From the NCBI RefSeq assembly GCF_009914755.1, contig NC_060931.1: a stretch of 64,000 nucleotides of DNA; one strand, written 5' to 3'. Origin of the DNA: the human T2T-CHM13v2.0 reference genome, Homo sapiens. The notes under the pieces were generated by a model that did no database searches, had not been told where the DNA came from, and was given only the letters and a program-made list of their open reading frames with translations. Within the stretch, counting starts at the first letter, position 1. Each line of letters opens with the position of its first letter. Made by a program: the position numbers and the translations under genes. Positions 15,705 through 47,558 of the stretch are shown here, piece by piece.

Positions 15705-16075
15705 TTCAGTCTCGCAGGATAGAGTGCTGTGATGGGATCATAGCTCATTGCAGCCTTGAACCTTGGGGTTCAAGTATCTGGGAAGCTGAGGAGGGACTAC
15801 AGAGATGGAGTCGCGCCATGTTGCCCAGGCCGCTCTTTAACTCCTGGCCTGAAGGGATCCTTCCGCCTCGGCGGAGCCCGGACATAGTTTTCTAGTTTTG
15901 ACCCACAGAAACACTGTGCTGGGTCGGAGTTTGTCAACTACCCTTCTCCAGCCAGCAACACACAGAACATGGCGGGGAAGTCACGGTCACCAGGCTCCAA
16001 ACCGAGGAGAAAACAGCCCAGCTCCAGGCACTGTAGCGTCACTGTGACATCGCCGAAGGCCGGCGCTATTACGTC
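15705..16075 (-). ncRNA. Candidate first exon of the - strand GTF2I-pseudogene lncRNA (partly Alu-derived)
   Basis: It lies directly downstream of the CpG promoter on the - strand, with a weak donor GAA|GTAAAC at 15705/15704. The architecture resembles the recalled GTF2IP-type lncRNA loci. The TSS position is approximate. Confidence 0.35.
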
Positions 16076-16200
16076 GCCGGAAGGCCCGCGCCTGTGACGT
16101 CAGCGGAGGCGCGCCCCTTCTGTAGAACCAATCGGAACTCGAGGCGCGGCGGCTGGGTATTCCAGGAGAGCGCATGCGCAGACGCGTGGCCACAGACTGC
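15960..16200. promoter_or_regulatory. CpG-island housekeeping-type, probably bidirectional promoter
   Basis: YY1 AACATGGCGG 15966-15975; ETS CCGGAAG 16077-16083; perfect CRE TGACGTCA 16095-16102; CCAAT box 16128-16132 (AACCAATCG); NRF1 GCGCATGCGC 16170-16179. Dense CpG ~15960-16630 and no TATA box. Confidence 0.85.
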
Positions 16201-16234
16201 CGGTCAGTGTCAGTAGGCGGCGGGTTAGTGTCCG

Positions 16235-16483
16235 CAGGCTCCGACTCGGCCGCCGACACCAATAAGCTACAAGGACGAGCTTTACCACTGCCTGTACTAC
16301 TGCTACCTGCGCGACTTCCCAGCCTGCGGCGTAGGGCGCAGCAAGGGCCTGACGCTGAGCGAGTAGGCGCTGCGCACCAAGCGGCTGTGGCCCGGAGGGC
16401 ACTGTCGGGCAGAAGCTCCTCAGTGGCCACCACAAGCCCGCTAGCTCCGGCTACAGCCCTTGCCGCACACTCGCGTCACCTGA
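16235..16483 (+). pseudogene. NUPR2 (NUPR1L, p8-like nuclear protein) pseudogene copy
   Basis: The frame from 16235 reads QAPTRPPTPISYKDELYHCLYYCYLRDFPACGVGRSKGLTLSE*ALRTKRLWPGGH, then after frameshifts QKLLSGHHK...LQPLPHTRVT* (TGA 16481-16483). Recalled NUPR2 is QALARPPPPISYEEELYDCLDYYYLRDFPACGAGRSKGRTRREQALRTNWPAPGGHERKVAQKLLNGQRKRRQRQLHPKMRTRLT. There is a premature TAG at 16364-16366 and no start ATG. A donor-like TAG|GTGCGC follows at 16493/16494. Confidence 0.88.
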
Positions 16484-16734
16484 GCCTGTGTAGGTGCGCC
16501 CCCCCAACTCCTCCCCCAGCCAGGTCCCGGGGACACCGGCAGCGTCCCCCACCGCCCGGCGCCGCTCATTCTGGGCAGGATCGGCCCCGTCTGAGGCTAC
16601 ACCGCATTAGGGAGCTGCACCCCTCGGCTTGACCTCTCATGGCCTTTGCAACAACATCAAAGCCTTTGGAACTTTGTAGGGGGTACGAGGGGCTAGGAAA
16701 CCAAGAAAACATCTCTTTAAAAATATAAGCGATC

Positions 16735-22535
<5,801 letters not shown>

Positions 22536-23207
22536 ATACATGGATGCATATATACATATACATACATACTACATGCATACATACATACCAACACCAGGTT
22601 CAATGCCTGTCCTGAGTGCCCACCAGACCCTGCCCCCAGCAATCAGCTTGGCTACCATCCACCAACACCCCCCAAGCACGTTCTGACCTCTTAGGAGCAG
22701 GGGTGGGCCATTTCTCCCAGAATCCCCAAATCATATCAGGCCTCTCCCCGCAGTTCTCTTGGAGGGAGGGAATTAACCAAATCATCCGTCCCAGGGTTCC
22801 TGCCACCTTCATTCCCCAGCCCCCAACTCCAGATTCTTAAGCCTTTCCAGGCCCTGCAGGTCTCAGTCTCCCACAAGCAGTGATCAAAACCCCACTGTGT
22901 CAAGCTCAGGAGCCCTAGAGCTCCCAGATGGTTAAGAAGGGGGATCCCCAGATGGTTCACCCCAGGACAGGGAGCACATACCTGGCTCGGCCAACCCTGG
23001 AAATTGTGGTCCCTGGAGATAGCGCATGGGGAATCTGTCTTCCTGGTGGAGATGGGGAGCACCATCCTGGGGGCCAGGGGCTGATGGGGACAGGGATGCC
23101 TTCTGCAGTGGCGCCCGCGGTGGGCCCCGACCGCCTGGAGGGGCAAGGCTGGGGCAGGGTGGCCCTGGACTTGGCTGACAGGTGTCATTTCCTGCTTCCC
23201 TTCACAG

Positions 23208-26597
<3,390 letters not shown>

Positions 26598-27041
26598 TAA
26601 GGCCCGACCAGGTCCACGGGAGACAGCACCGGGCCTGCTCAGCACCCAGGGTCAGGAGCAGCACCAAATTGCCATCAAGCGATTTTTGTGCCTCAGCCAC
26701 CCGAATAGCTGGGACCACAGGTGTGTGCCACCATGCCCAGCTAATTTTTTGATTGATTGATTAATTGATTGGTTGGTTGATTGATTTTATTTTTTTAGAG
26801 ATAGGGTCTGGCCATATCGCCCAGACTGTTCTCAAACTCCTGGACTCAAGCCATCTCCTGCCTGGGCCTCCCAAAGTGATTACAGGCGTGAGCCACCGTG
26901 CCTGGCCACTATTTCTTTCTTTTTTTTTTCTTTAGACAGAGTCTCACTCTGTCTCCCAGGCTGGAGTGCAGTGGTGCAGTCTTGGCTCACTGCAACCACA
27001 GCCTCCTGGGTTCAAGCAATTCTCCTGACTCAGCCTCTTGA

Positions 27042-27334
<293 letters not shown>

Positions 27335-27484
27335 TGAGTAGCTGGGACTACAGGCATATGCCACCACACCTAATTTTTTTTTTTGTAGAGTCGGGGTCGC
27401 TCTATGTTGCTCAGGCTGGTCTCCAACTCCTGGATTCCTCCCACCTCAGTCTCCCAAAGTGCTGGGATTACAGGCATAAGCCAC

Positions 27485-27540
27485 CCACCAGGTGGAGAAC
27501 CAGTCTTTAAATAACAGAGTGTGGGAGTAGGGGGCGCCCA
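27485..27540 (+). promoter_or_regulatory. Two CTCF-like motifs at the start of a CpG-enriched unique block (27500-28000)
   Basis: CCACCAGGTGGAG (27485-27497) and GGAGTAGGGGGCGCCC (27524-27539) resemble the CTCF core CCASYAGRKGGCRS. Confidence 0.4.
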
Positions 27541-28047
27541 GGGCGAAGGTACTTAGACAGCAGAAGAGTCCATCCAGCAAAGAAGCTGCTGTTAAGTCCT
27601 GGGGCCACCCAGCCACGCTGGGTAATTATAAAGAAAGCAAGTCTCGAGTCTCGTCTGCGATCGCGGACGGGATGAACAGCGTAACCTAGAACAACCCTGA
27701 CCTCCACGAGGAGGACCTGGTCTCCCGCAGGCCACAACTCCCCCGCAGTTCCCGCCTGCTGCCTGCAGAGGGAGCCAGAGGCTGAGGCTGCACCAGCCCT
27801 GCTCCAGCCCCGGGAGGTCACGGTCGGCAGAATGCTCATTAGCATTCCAGAGCCAAATCCAGCTTCCGGCTCTGTCTGGTCTCTGCTCATCTAGGCAGGA
27901 GGGACAGCCGCCTTCAGACGGCGAGAAGGGAGGCCGGAGTGGATCCAGGAGGGCGGTGGAAACCGGAGACACAGTATCGGTGCAGGAAGTGCAGAAGCTG
28001 TCATCTTGCCCAAGAGAAGCAAGGCAGAGACCAAGCACGGTGGCTCA

Positions 28048-28374
<327 letters not shown>

Positions 28375-28708
28375 TCAGGGAAACTTCCATTAACCAGGTA
28401 ACCTTGACTCCCTCCTGGCTCCACTGCCCTGTGGGGACAGCAGGGACAGGACATTCCTGCCTGACATGCCCAGGGGATAGGGATCAATTACTCCAAACTC
28501 AGGGTGGGAGGAAGCTGCTGGGGACAAGGAGGGAGAGCTGGAGCCTGCCCTGCAGCCACTATGGATGTCTGCAGTAATCTCCATCCAGAGGCCGGGCATA
28601 GTGGCCTACTCCTGTAATCCCAGCACTTTGGGAGGCTGAGGCGGGCAGATCACGAGGTCAAGAGATTGAGACCATCCTGGCCAACAGTGTGAAACCCCAT
28701 CTCTACTA

Positions 28709-28897
<189 letters not shown>

Positions 28898-28944
28898 TTA
28901 CGCCTGTAATCCCAGCACTTTGGGAGGCGGAGGTGGGAAGATCA

Positions 28945-29394
<450 letters not shown>

Positions 29395-29716
29395 TCATAA
29401 CTTGGGGCGAACTTCCTGCATCAGCCAGAGCTGGCCAGCCAGAAATGAGTTCTTTTCCTCCTCTTAATTTTCTTCTAGTTGCTTAAGTTTCCTCGCAAAG
29501 TCTAAGGGGGTCACCCTGGGTCAGGCAGAACAAGATGCTGAGAGATAGGACCAGGTGGGCTGATCTGGGGCTGGTTTGTACCAGCACAGCAGATGTGATT
29601 GTGAGATGGGGAAATGTCTGAACTGACTCATCAACAGTGGTGGCCCCAGTCTGCAGATCCTCTCCTGCGACCCCCCTGGGAGCCCCCCAACCCCACCCCA
29701 CCCATGGAAAACAGTA

Positions 29717-32406
<2,690 letters not shown>

Positions 32407-32507
32407 CTTTGTACAGTGAAATATTGCACAGTGAGAAGTCCCTCCTAATAAGGATCAGAATATACAAGAAGTATTCCTTGTGAAATTAGAATTCAAATAT
32501 GCGGCTA

Positions 32508-33287
<780 letters not shown>

Positions 33288-33404
33288 TAGAGACAGGGTC
33301 TCACTATGTTACTCAGGCTGGTCTTGAACTCCTAGGCTCAAGCGATCCTCCTGCTTCGGCATCCCAAAGTGCTGGGATCACAGGTATGAGCCACCATGCA
33401 TGGC

Positions 33405-34313
<909 letters not shown>

Positions 34314-34316
34314 TGA

Positions 34317-34656
<340 letters not shown>

Positions 34657-35589
34657 TAAACTCCTAGGCTCAAGCAGTCCTCCTGCCTTGGCCTCCCAAA
34701 GTGTTGGGATTTCAAGTGTGAGCCACGATGCCCAACCTTCTGCCCACTTTAGAGCCATTTCACTCCCCCTAGCTGGCCTCTTTGTCCCAAAAACCCCTGC
34801 GTGTGCTTTGTGTCTCTCCCAGGCCCAGCAGGGACAGCTCTGGCAGGAAGCCACGGTAATCCCCTTTCCGATTCTCGGACCCCTCCCCACCTTCCTGGAA
34901 GCCCCAGGCCGGCCTGGTACCTCTAAGGAGAAGCCACACGCATGCCACCCTGTCCCTCTGACTGGAGCCTCCCATCATTGTGTGGAGCCCCCTCCTCCCT
35001 AAGCCACCAGATCCACCTCAAGCCCCACCTTGCTGCCTAAAAATAACACCTTCGCGTCCTGCTGGCTCCCCAATCCCTCCCTGCCCCGGGATCCTTCTGG
35101 TTTGTATTCTCCCAGCTGGCTGTGAGCTGTGAGCCGGCGCCAGTGTGCCAGGCCGACCGCAGGCCCGGAATTAGGTTAACTCCGCTGCAGCCCTGGAGGG
35201 AGGTCGCCTGTTTGGGGCCGTGGTTGCGGGTACTGAAAATGCTCCCTTCATGGGCTGGGGCCTGATTCTGTGTTGGGGGAAGGCAGTGACATGTGCCTGG
35301 GTGTGTATGTGTCGGGGGCTGGGTACGGTAAGCTTTGACAGTGGTGACTGATGGCAGATATACCCCAGGCTGGGCTGAGCTCGGCTAAAATGTCTGGCTC
35401 AGAAAAGAGGGGTGCAGTGGGACCCTCCCAGCTCCTGCTGCAAACCCTAGAGCAAACCCTGGAAATGTCTGCACGCAGAGCATCTTGTCGCCTGGAATCT
35501 TCCATCTGCCATCTCACAGAGTCCCAGGAGGCCTCTGAGGGAGGCTGTTCACCCCACATTACACATGGAGAGGCAGAGAGGCGCTGCCC

Positions 35590-36566
<977 letters not shown>

Positions 36567-36828
36567 GCCCCCAGCCAGGCACGGTCCCGGAGTGAGCCTA
36601 AGACAGCTATTGCTGTCTTTATGGGATGGGCACGCTGTGCCCTGCTGGGCATGGATGTGGGGTGGGGGAAATTAGCAAGCTCAGACTCAGAGTAGAAGAC
36701 CTAGCCTGCAGTCACACAGCACGTTGACGGGTGGGTGGCACCTGAATCCTCTGAGCCCCAGCAGACCCTACCCCAAAGTGCTTCTCCTGGGTAAGGGAGT
36801 GGGGTCATTGACCTGGCTGTGGTCATTA

Positions 36829-37757
<929 letters not shown>

Positions 37758-38112
37758 CTAAAAAAAAAAAAAGTAAAAAAAGACTTCTGCTGCCTGGGCT
37801 TCTCTGGAGTCTGGGGCCCCTTGGACAACCAGGAAAGGCCTTGTGGAAGAGATGGGGCCTCGGGCTAGGACCTCATGAAGGAAACTTCAGTCCATCTCCT
37901 CCTGTCTCTGGGTAGCTGGGGCTCCAAGTCAGTGTGGGTGTGCTTTTCCTTCGGATAGCCACCTCTACAGGCTACATTTTCTACTCTCAGCCTCAGCTTG
38001 CTAACTTCCCCCACCCCACATCCAGGCCCAGGAGGCACCTGGCACAGGATGGCCATCCCATAAAGACAATAGCTGCCCTGGGCTCACTCTGGGACTGTGC
38101 CTGGCTGGGGGT

Positions 38113-38695
<583 letters not shown>

Positions 38696-39592
38696 TGATT
38701 CTCACGGGGTGAAAGAGGTGTGTAAATACAGCCAGTGCATGGAGCATATCATGGGGTGTGAGGGGGGCGTGTAGAAAAGCGTGGGGGATGCATGGCTGTG
38801 CGTGTGTGGCATGTATATATGATATACAATACATGGTAGATGTGTGTGAGTCTGGCATGTGGGTGTGGATGTGTGCAATACATTCAGGTGACTGAATCTG
38901 TTCTCCTGGCAGACAGATGCAGATGAAACTGGGTCACATTGTCCAAGGTAGCCTCAGCTGCTATCTCTGCTGGCATCTTGCCCCCAGTCGGAACACGGGG
39001 ACCCAGGTTCAGTGCTCCCAGCCTCCAAGGAGAGACAGCCCACTGCACAATCCTTGGGGGTGAGGGTCCCTGGGCCGGGCACCTGCCCAGTGGACCTGGA
39101 CACAGGTCCCCAGTATGGGATGAAGGGACTATGATGAGTAGGTGATGGCCAAGGAAAGAGGCGGGGGGCCTGGCACAGTGGCTCACGCCTGTAATCTTAG
39201 CACTTTGGGAGGCCGAGGCAGGTGGATCACATAAGGTCAGGAGTTCGAGACCAGCCTGGCCAATATGGTGAAACCCTGTCTCCACTGAAAATACAAAAAT
39301 TAGCCAGGCATGGTGGCAGGCACCTGTAATCCCAGCTACTCAGGAGGCTGAGGCAGGATAATCACTTGAACCCGGGAGGCGGAGGGAGGTTGCAGTGAGC
39401 TGAGATCGTGCCATTGCACTCCAGCCTGGGCAACAGAGTGAGACTCCGTCTCTCAAAAAAAAAAAAAAAAAGAAAAGAAAAAAGAAAGAAAGAAAAGAAA
39501 AAAAAGAGAGAGAGGAGCTGCACCTCAGGCCACCATTGTCCTCTGCCCTCTACCACTGCCCACATCATCACCCCATTCTCTCCTCATCCTAA

Positions 39593-39829
<237 letters not shown>

Positions 39830-40107
39830 TAGTCTCAAACTCTTGACCTCAGGTGATCCACCTGCCTCGGCCTCCCAAAGTGCTAGGATTACGGGCGTGA
39901 GACACCACACCCAGCTACTGGGCATTTTAAAAAACTTTTATTGCAGAAAGTATAGAAATCTGGCTGGGCATGGTGGCCCATGTCTGTAATACCAGCAATT
40001 TGGGAGGCTGAAGCAGGAGGATCATTTGAGGTCAGGAGTTCAAGATCGGCCTGGGCAACATGGCAGGACCTCATTTCTACAAAAACAAAACAAAACAAAA
40101 AAACTTA

Positions 40108-40260
<153 letters not shown>

Positions 40261-40661
40261 CTAAAATAAAAGAAAGTATAGAAATTGTACACACAGAGCC
40301 CAGTGCATTTTCACAAATTGAACATATCCATGCATCCAGCACCCAGCTCAAGAAACAGAACATTCTCAACCTTCCTTGTGCCCCCTCTGGTCAGCATCTC
40401 CTGCAAATAACTACTCTCTTGATTTTAGACACCACAGAGGAGTTTTGTCAGCCATCATGTTTAACCGCAACACCTGAATCCCTCCCCTAACTCAACAGAG
40501 ACATTAGCTCCTTTCTGCATAATGAGAGGTGAAGAGAAAGCTGGGAGGGGATGCTGTCTGTCCTTACCGCTGACAGGAAAAGGATGAAGGTCCTGCCTGG
40601 TCCCGGTCACAGATGCCTGTCATGGATCTCCAAGTCCCTGCCTGGGAGATGATGATGATGA

Positions 40662-40790
<129 letters not shown>

Positions 40791-41044
40791 TGAGTAGCTG
40801 GGATTACAGGTGCCTGCCACCATGCCTGGCTAATTTTTGTATTTTTAGTGGAGACAGGGTTTCACCATGTTGGCCAGGCTGGTCTCGAACTCCTGACCTT
40901 ATGTGATCCACCTGCCTCGGCCTCCCAAAGTGCTAAGATTACAGGCATGAGCCACTGTGCCCAGCCAGATTTCTGGGCTAAGTTCCTTGGCTCAAGCCTA
41001 CAGGGGACCTCTGCCTAAACATAGCTTGATGACAAATAATTTGC

Positions 41045-41560
41045 TTGTGCTAGTGTGTTCAGGCAATGCTGCTGTAACAGTTAAACTCCAGCATTTCAGG
41101 AGCTTCTCACTACTTACTATTTCTCATTCTCTGGTAGTCCTAAGGTTTTGTTTTTGTTTTTTGTTTTAATTTTTTACTTAATTTTAGAGAAATAGAGGCA
41201 GAGTCTTACTATGTTGCCGAGGCTGGTCTCGAACTCCTGGCCTCAAGCAAGCCTCCTGCCTCAGCCTCCCAAAGTGACAATCCTAAGTTGATGTTTGTGG
41301 TCAGCAGGCAGCTCTCCTCCATGTGGTGATTCAGGGACCCAGGCTCCTTCCATCTTGTGGCTCCCCACCCAACCCAGGGCCTTGGAATCCTGGGCATTCT
41401 GCCAGCAGCCAATGCAATGGGGAAGGAGAGAGCAGAGAGGGCACATCTACTTTCTAGGGACTATTCCAGGAAGTGGTCACATCTGCTTGCATTCCATGGG
41501 TGAGAATTAGTCACATGGTTCATCTCCATACCAACAAGGAATGCTGGGAGATGTAGTCCC
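41045..41560 (-). mobile_element. Old MLT1J/K-like LTR with an Alu fragment inserted
   Basis: tgctgctgtaaca...cagggacccaggctccttccatcttgtggctcc...tagtcacatgg is typical antisense MLT1J/K. Confidence 0.55.
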
Positions 41561-43769
41561 CAGATTGGCATTCTTGTCTCGCTGACAACTCTCCTTTCCG
41601 GAAGGGAAGCATGAACACTTGGTGGTCACAGTGGGGGTCGTGGGGAGAGAGAACACAGTGAGCATGAAGTCTCTGCCCCTGCCTCAGCCTTGCCTGGAAG
41701 GCAGAGTTCACTGACTCAATACCTCATTCACTTATTCATTGGAATGCATCCTCATTCATTCATTCATTCATTTGCAAAATCATTCATGAACTTATTCATT
41801 CATTCGTTTTTTTCCCCCAGGTCTCATGCACACACTCATCTGTGCACATGCATTCATACACACAGCTGTACCTCCTGTAAGACCTATTCAAGGCCTAGGG
41901 GCCTGGGCAGGGTAGCTGGGCCAGCCAGGGTCACACACCCACCGTGTGGACAGTTCAGGGGGTTTCAGACTCTAGAGTCCCAAGAGGTCCAAGGGAAGAG
42001 GGGAACATGCTGAGGAGTCGGGAAATTGACAACCTGGTTCTGAGAGGGCTGTCCCTCCAGCACAGCCTGCCGTCAAGGGCCTGGGTAGGTTCCGGGATCA
42101 GGAAGGGGGAAGAGCTGTGTGCCCTGCTCAGGGCAGGGGCCTGGGCCGCAGACCCAAGGAAGAGAGATGAGATGGAGCACAACCCCAAGGCCACTGGCCC
42201 AGGGGCAGGCCTGGCTTTGGGTCAGACAAATCCTGGCTCAAATCATTGCCCAGGATGCTTATGGACTGAATGGCTGTGGCCAAGCTCTGAACCGCCCTGA
42301 TCCTCAGTGTTCTCATCTGTAAGATGGGACGCTGGTCCTTTGCTCACGGTCTCATTGTGGGATTAGAGGTAATCAGCAGGAAGTACAATCACTGGAATAC
42401 AGCAGTTTCCATTTTTAAATTTTATTTTTATTATTTATTTATTTATTTTTGAGACAGGGTCTCATTTTTAGCCCAGGCTGGAGTGCAGTGGCCTGATTCA
42501 GCTCACTGCAAATTCCGCCTCCCAGGTTCAAGTGATTCTCTTGCCTCAGCCTCCTGAGTAGCTGGGATTACAGGCACCACCACGCCCAGCTAATTTTTGT
42601 AATTTCGGTAGAGACGGGGTTTCGCCATGTTGGCCAGGCTGGTCTCGAACTCCTGGCCTCAAATGATCAGCCCGCCTCGACCTCCCAAAGTGCTGGGATT
42701 ACAGGCATAAGCCACCGCACCCAGCCTTATTTATTTATTTTTAGAGACAGGGTCTTACTCTGTCACCCTGGCTGGAGTGCAGTTATGCAATCATAGCTCA
42801 CAGCAACCTCGAACTGCTGGCCTCAAGGGATCCTCCTGCCCCAGCCTTCCAAGTAGCTTGAAGGTGTGTGCACTGCACTCAGCTAATTTTTATTTTTTTT
42901 AGTAGAGACAGGGTCTCACTATGTCGCCTAGGCTGGTCTCGAACTCCTTGGCTCAAGTGATCCTTCCACCTTAGCCTCCCAAAGTGCTGGAATTACATGT
43001 GTGAGCCACCGTGCTCAGCCAGATTACTGCACTTTTCAAAGATGTGCGTCACTGTCACTCCTGGGCTCAGGCTGAGAGCAGACCTGGATCTGCAGGAGAC
43101 TTGATTTGAAGCTCCTCCAAGTGGGTGAGGCATAGGCTACTGCTGACAGCCATCCCTTCCCAGACTAGGATGACCTCAGGCTGGGATGGTGGCTGGACCA
43201 TTAGGACTGTGTAACACCTTGGTGGTGAGAGGGGGTCCTAGGGCCGGGGGGCACATGTGAAGCTCTAGGCAGAAGCAGCAGAGGCCACAGCCTCAAAGTG
43301 TAGCCCCCTCCCCTTCTACATCACATCCCCAGATCTCAACAAAAGCTTTCTTCCTTCACATCCCCACGTCCCAAGAATGCGCAGCTTTTAAAAGACCCTA
43401 ATGAGGGCAATGCTTACCCCAGAGCAATGGCCCCTGATGGTGGATTTACGAGCAATGGCGAGGAGAGTAGAAGGCTGGGAGGGAGGAGGGGCGAGCAGGG
43501 GAGGCTGCTGCCTCTGCTCATTTTTTATTAAAGATCTGCTTCAAGGTCAGCCCTGCCACAAGGGACTCCTCAATTTCCCAGGCTCTGCAGACAGAGAGGG
43601 AGATGTGCTGGGGGAGGGGAGGGAGATGGAGAGAAAGAGATCTGGATGGGCTAGGCAGAGGGGCACAAAGAGAAGAGAAGGAGGCTGCATGGTCCACAGG
43701 GGTCCCCCAGTATGATCCAGCAAAGTGCTGGACATGGGGGGTGCATCAGGGAGGTGCCGGAGGGAGTGA

Positions 43770-44072
<303 letters not shown>

Positions 44073-44544
44073 TGAGACAGTCTTGCTCTGTCACCCAGGC
44101 TGGAGTGCAGTGGCGCTATCTAGGCTCATTGCAACCTCCGCCTCCTGGGTTCAAGTGATTCTCCTGCCTCAGCCTCCTGAATAGTTGGGATTACAGGTGC
44201 CTGCCACCATGCCCGGCTAATTTTTGTATTTTTAGTAGAGATGGGGTTTCACCATGTTGGTCAGGCTGGTCTCGAACTCCTGACCTTGTGATCCGCCCGC
44301 CTTGGCCTCCCAAAGTGCTGGGATTACAGGTGTGAGCCACCGTGCCCGGCCTTAATTTTTGTATTTTTTGTAGAGATGGGGTTTTGCCATGTTTCCCAGG
44401 CTGGTCTTGAACTCCTGGTTTCAAGCATTCCTCCTGCCTTGGCCTCCCAAAGTGCTGGGATTATAGGCGTGAGACCCCATATCCAGCCAAGGTTTTGTCA
44501 TTCTCCAGATAAAAGGCACCACATGCATCATCAAATCCCTCTAG

Positions 44545-44922
<378 letters not shown>

Positions 44923-46686
44923 TAGCCCCATTTTACAGATGAAGAAACTGAGGCTCCAGGAGACTTTCCCAAGTCCACATGGCTACAAAGCAGCAAATCT
45001 GGCTCAGGTCCTGGGTCTGATTCCAGATCCCACTCATCCCATGGAGTCAGCCACATCCTCCCCACCTTTTGTGCCTGGCTTGAGACTCTCCCTCCAGTAA
45101 TACCTCCCAGCTAAACGGGGTTTCACCATGTTGGCCAGGCTACCACAATTTTAAATAAAGAAAGAGGGGAAACTAGTGCTGGACAGGGAGACACTGTTTT
45201 ATTTATTTTATTTTTTATTTTCAGAGACAAAGTTTCAGTTTGTCGCCCAGGCTGGAGTGCAGTGGCAGGATCACAGCTCACTGCAGCCTCAACCTCCTGG
45301 ATCAAGCGATCCTCCTGCCTCTGCCTCTGAGTAGCTTGGACTACAGCTGTACACCACCAAGCCCAGCTCATTTTTATTTTATTTTTTTTAAAGAAACGGA
45401 TACTCACTATGTTGTCCAGGCTGGTGAGACACTGTTTTATATGCAGATGTCTTTAAAAGGTTCATTGACCAAGTGCCATCTGAGCAGAGATTGCCTGTTC
45501 AGAGGGAGAGTGACTGGGGAGGGGGAGGACACAGGGCAGGGGTCTGGTATCAAGGCCTGGCCCAGGCAGACATTCTGAGGCTGCAGAAATGGGGACAGGG
45601 CTGGGCGCGGTGGCTCACGCCTGTAATCCCAGCACTTTGGGAGGCCGAGGCGGGCAGATCACCTGAGGTCAGGAGTTCGAGATCAGCCTGGCCAACATAG
45701 TGAAACCCCATCTCTACTAAAAATGCAAAAATTAAAAATTAGCCGGGCGTGGTGGTGGGTACCTGTAGTCCCAGCTACTCAGGAGGCTGAGGCAGGAGAA
45801 TCGCTTGAACACGGGAGGAAGAGGATGCAGTGAGCTAAGATCATGCCACAGCACTCCAGTCTGGGAGAAAGAGTGAAACTCCATCTCAAAAAAAAAGGAA
45901 GAAAGAAACTCCATCTCAAAAAAAAAAAAAAAAAAAAAAAGAAGTGGGGACAGTCCCAGGAGATGGAAGGTCTAAAGGGCGAAGGGAGGAACTGGAGAAT
46001 CCCACAGACTCACAGGTCTCTGACTTAGAGACCGGACTTGGGGCAGGGAAGTTTCTTGGGTCAGGGATCTAGAATGAAACAGACATCCCTGTACAAAGGT
46101 CCCATTGACGAGAGCTTGATGAAGGGACCCTGCACACAGGTGCAGATGAGGATATGAGAATGAACCAACAAGACATAGAGAAGCGGCCGAGGACTTAAAT
46201 TACTGGGAAGCCGTTACCACTCCTAGGCTGTAGGGAGGAGGCTGAAAGCCAGAACTTGGCCAGAAGAACAGGAGGTGGAGAAGAGGGGCAGGAGAGGAAC
46301 TCAGTAGGGGAATAAATCCCTAACTTATCTCTTCTCCCCTTCTCCTGGATCTGGCTTCTCCTGGTGATGCCTCCCCTTAGATGAACCCAACCGGACACCA
46401 AGAGCGAGGGAGCCTGGGTAATCGGACCACAGAGGCCAGCCTCCCTCCAAGGCCTAGAGCAGGGCAGAGCCGGAGCCAGAGGATCACACAGAGAAAAGCC
46501 AGCACAGATGGCGGTGCTGTTTTTTGAAACAAGTCGCACAAGGGGAGGAGCGCGTTTTGGGGAAATTAGCAGGCTGGGTGGGGAAACCAAGACAGAGTGT
46601 ATCCCTATGAGCCAGGAGAAGGGAGCGCGAAGGGAGAGGGGGGAATATTGGGATGGAGAGGTGGCCTGGGATTCCGAGACTGGTAG

Positions 46687-47068
<382 letters not shown>

Positions 47069-47228
47069 TGAAGCTGCTCCCATCGCGAAACCAGGGAGGC
47101 AGGTACTGCAGAGACAGACCAGGGGAGGGCAAGAGAAGGTGTGCCCAGCTGGGGCAGTGTTCCCAGGTGCTAATTCCGGAGTTGAGGCCAGGGTCGGTCA
47201 GGAACCAAAGCAATGTGGTGAAGTTTCA

Positions 47229-47558
<330 letters not shown>

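Noticed and set aside
15960-16630. PMS2-pseudogene promoter of the 7q11 duplicons
   Set aside because: No PMS2-like exon was found; the island instead translates to NUPR2-like sequence.
16174-16632. 152-aa unspliced ORF as a standalone CDS
   Set aside because: It is an alternative frame of the NUPR2 pseudogene in stop-poor GC-rich DNA, and its ATG is in a weak context inside the NRF1 motif. It is considered only as a possible spliced N-terminus.
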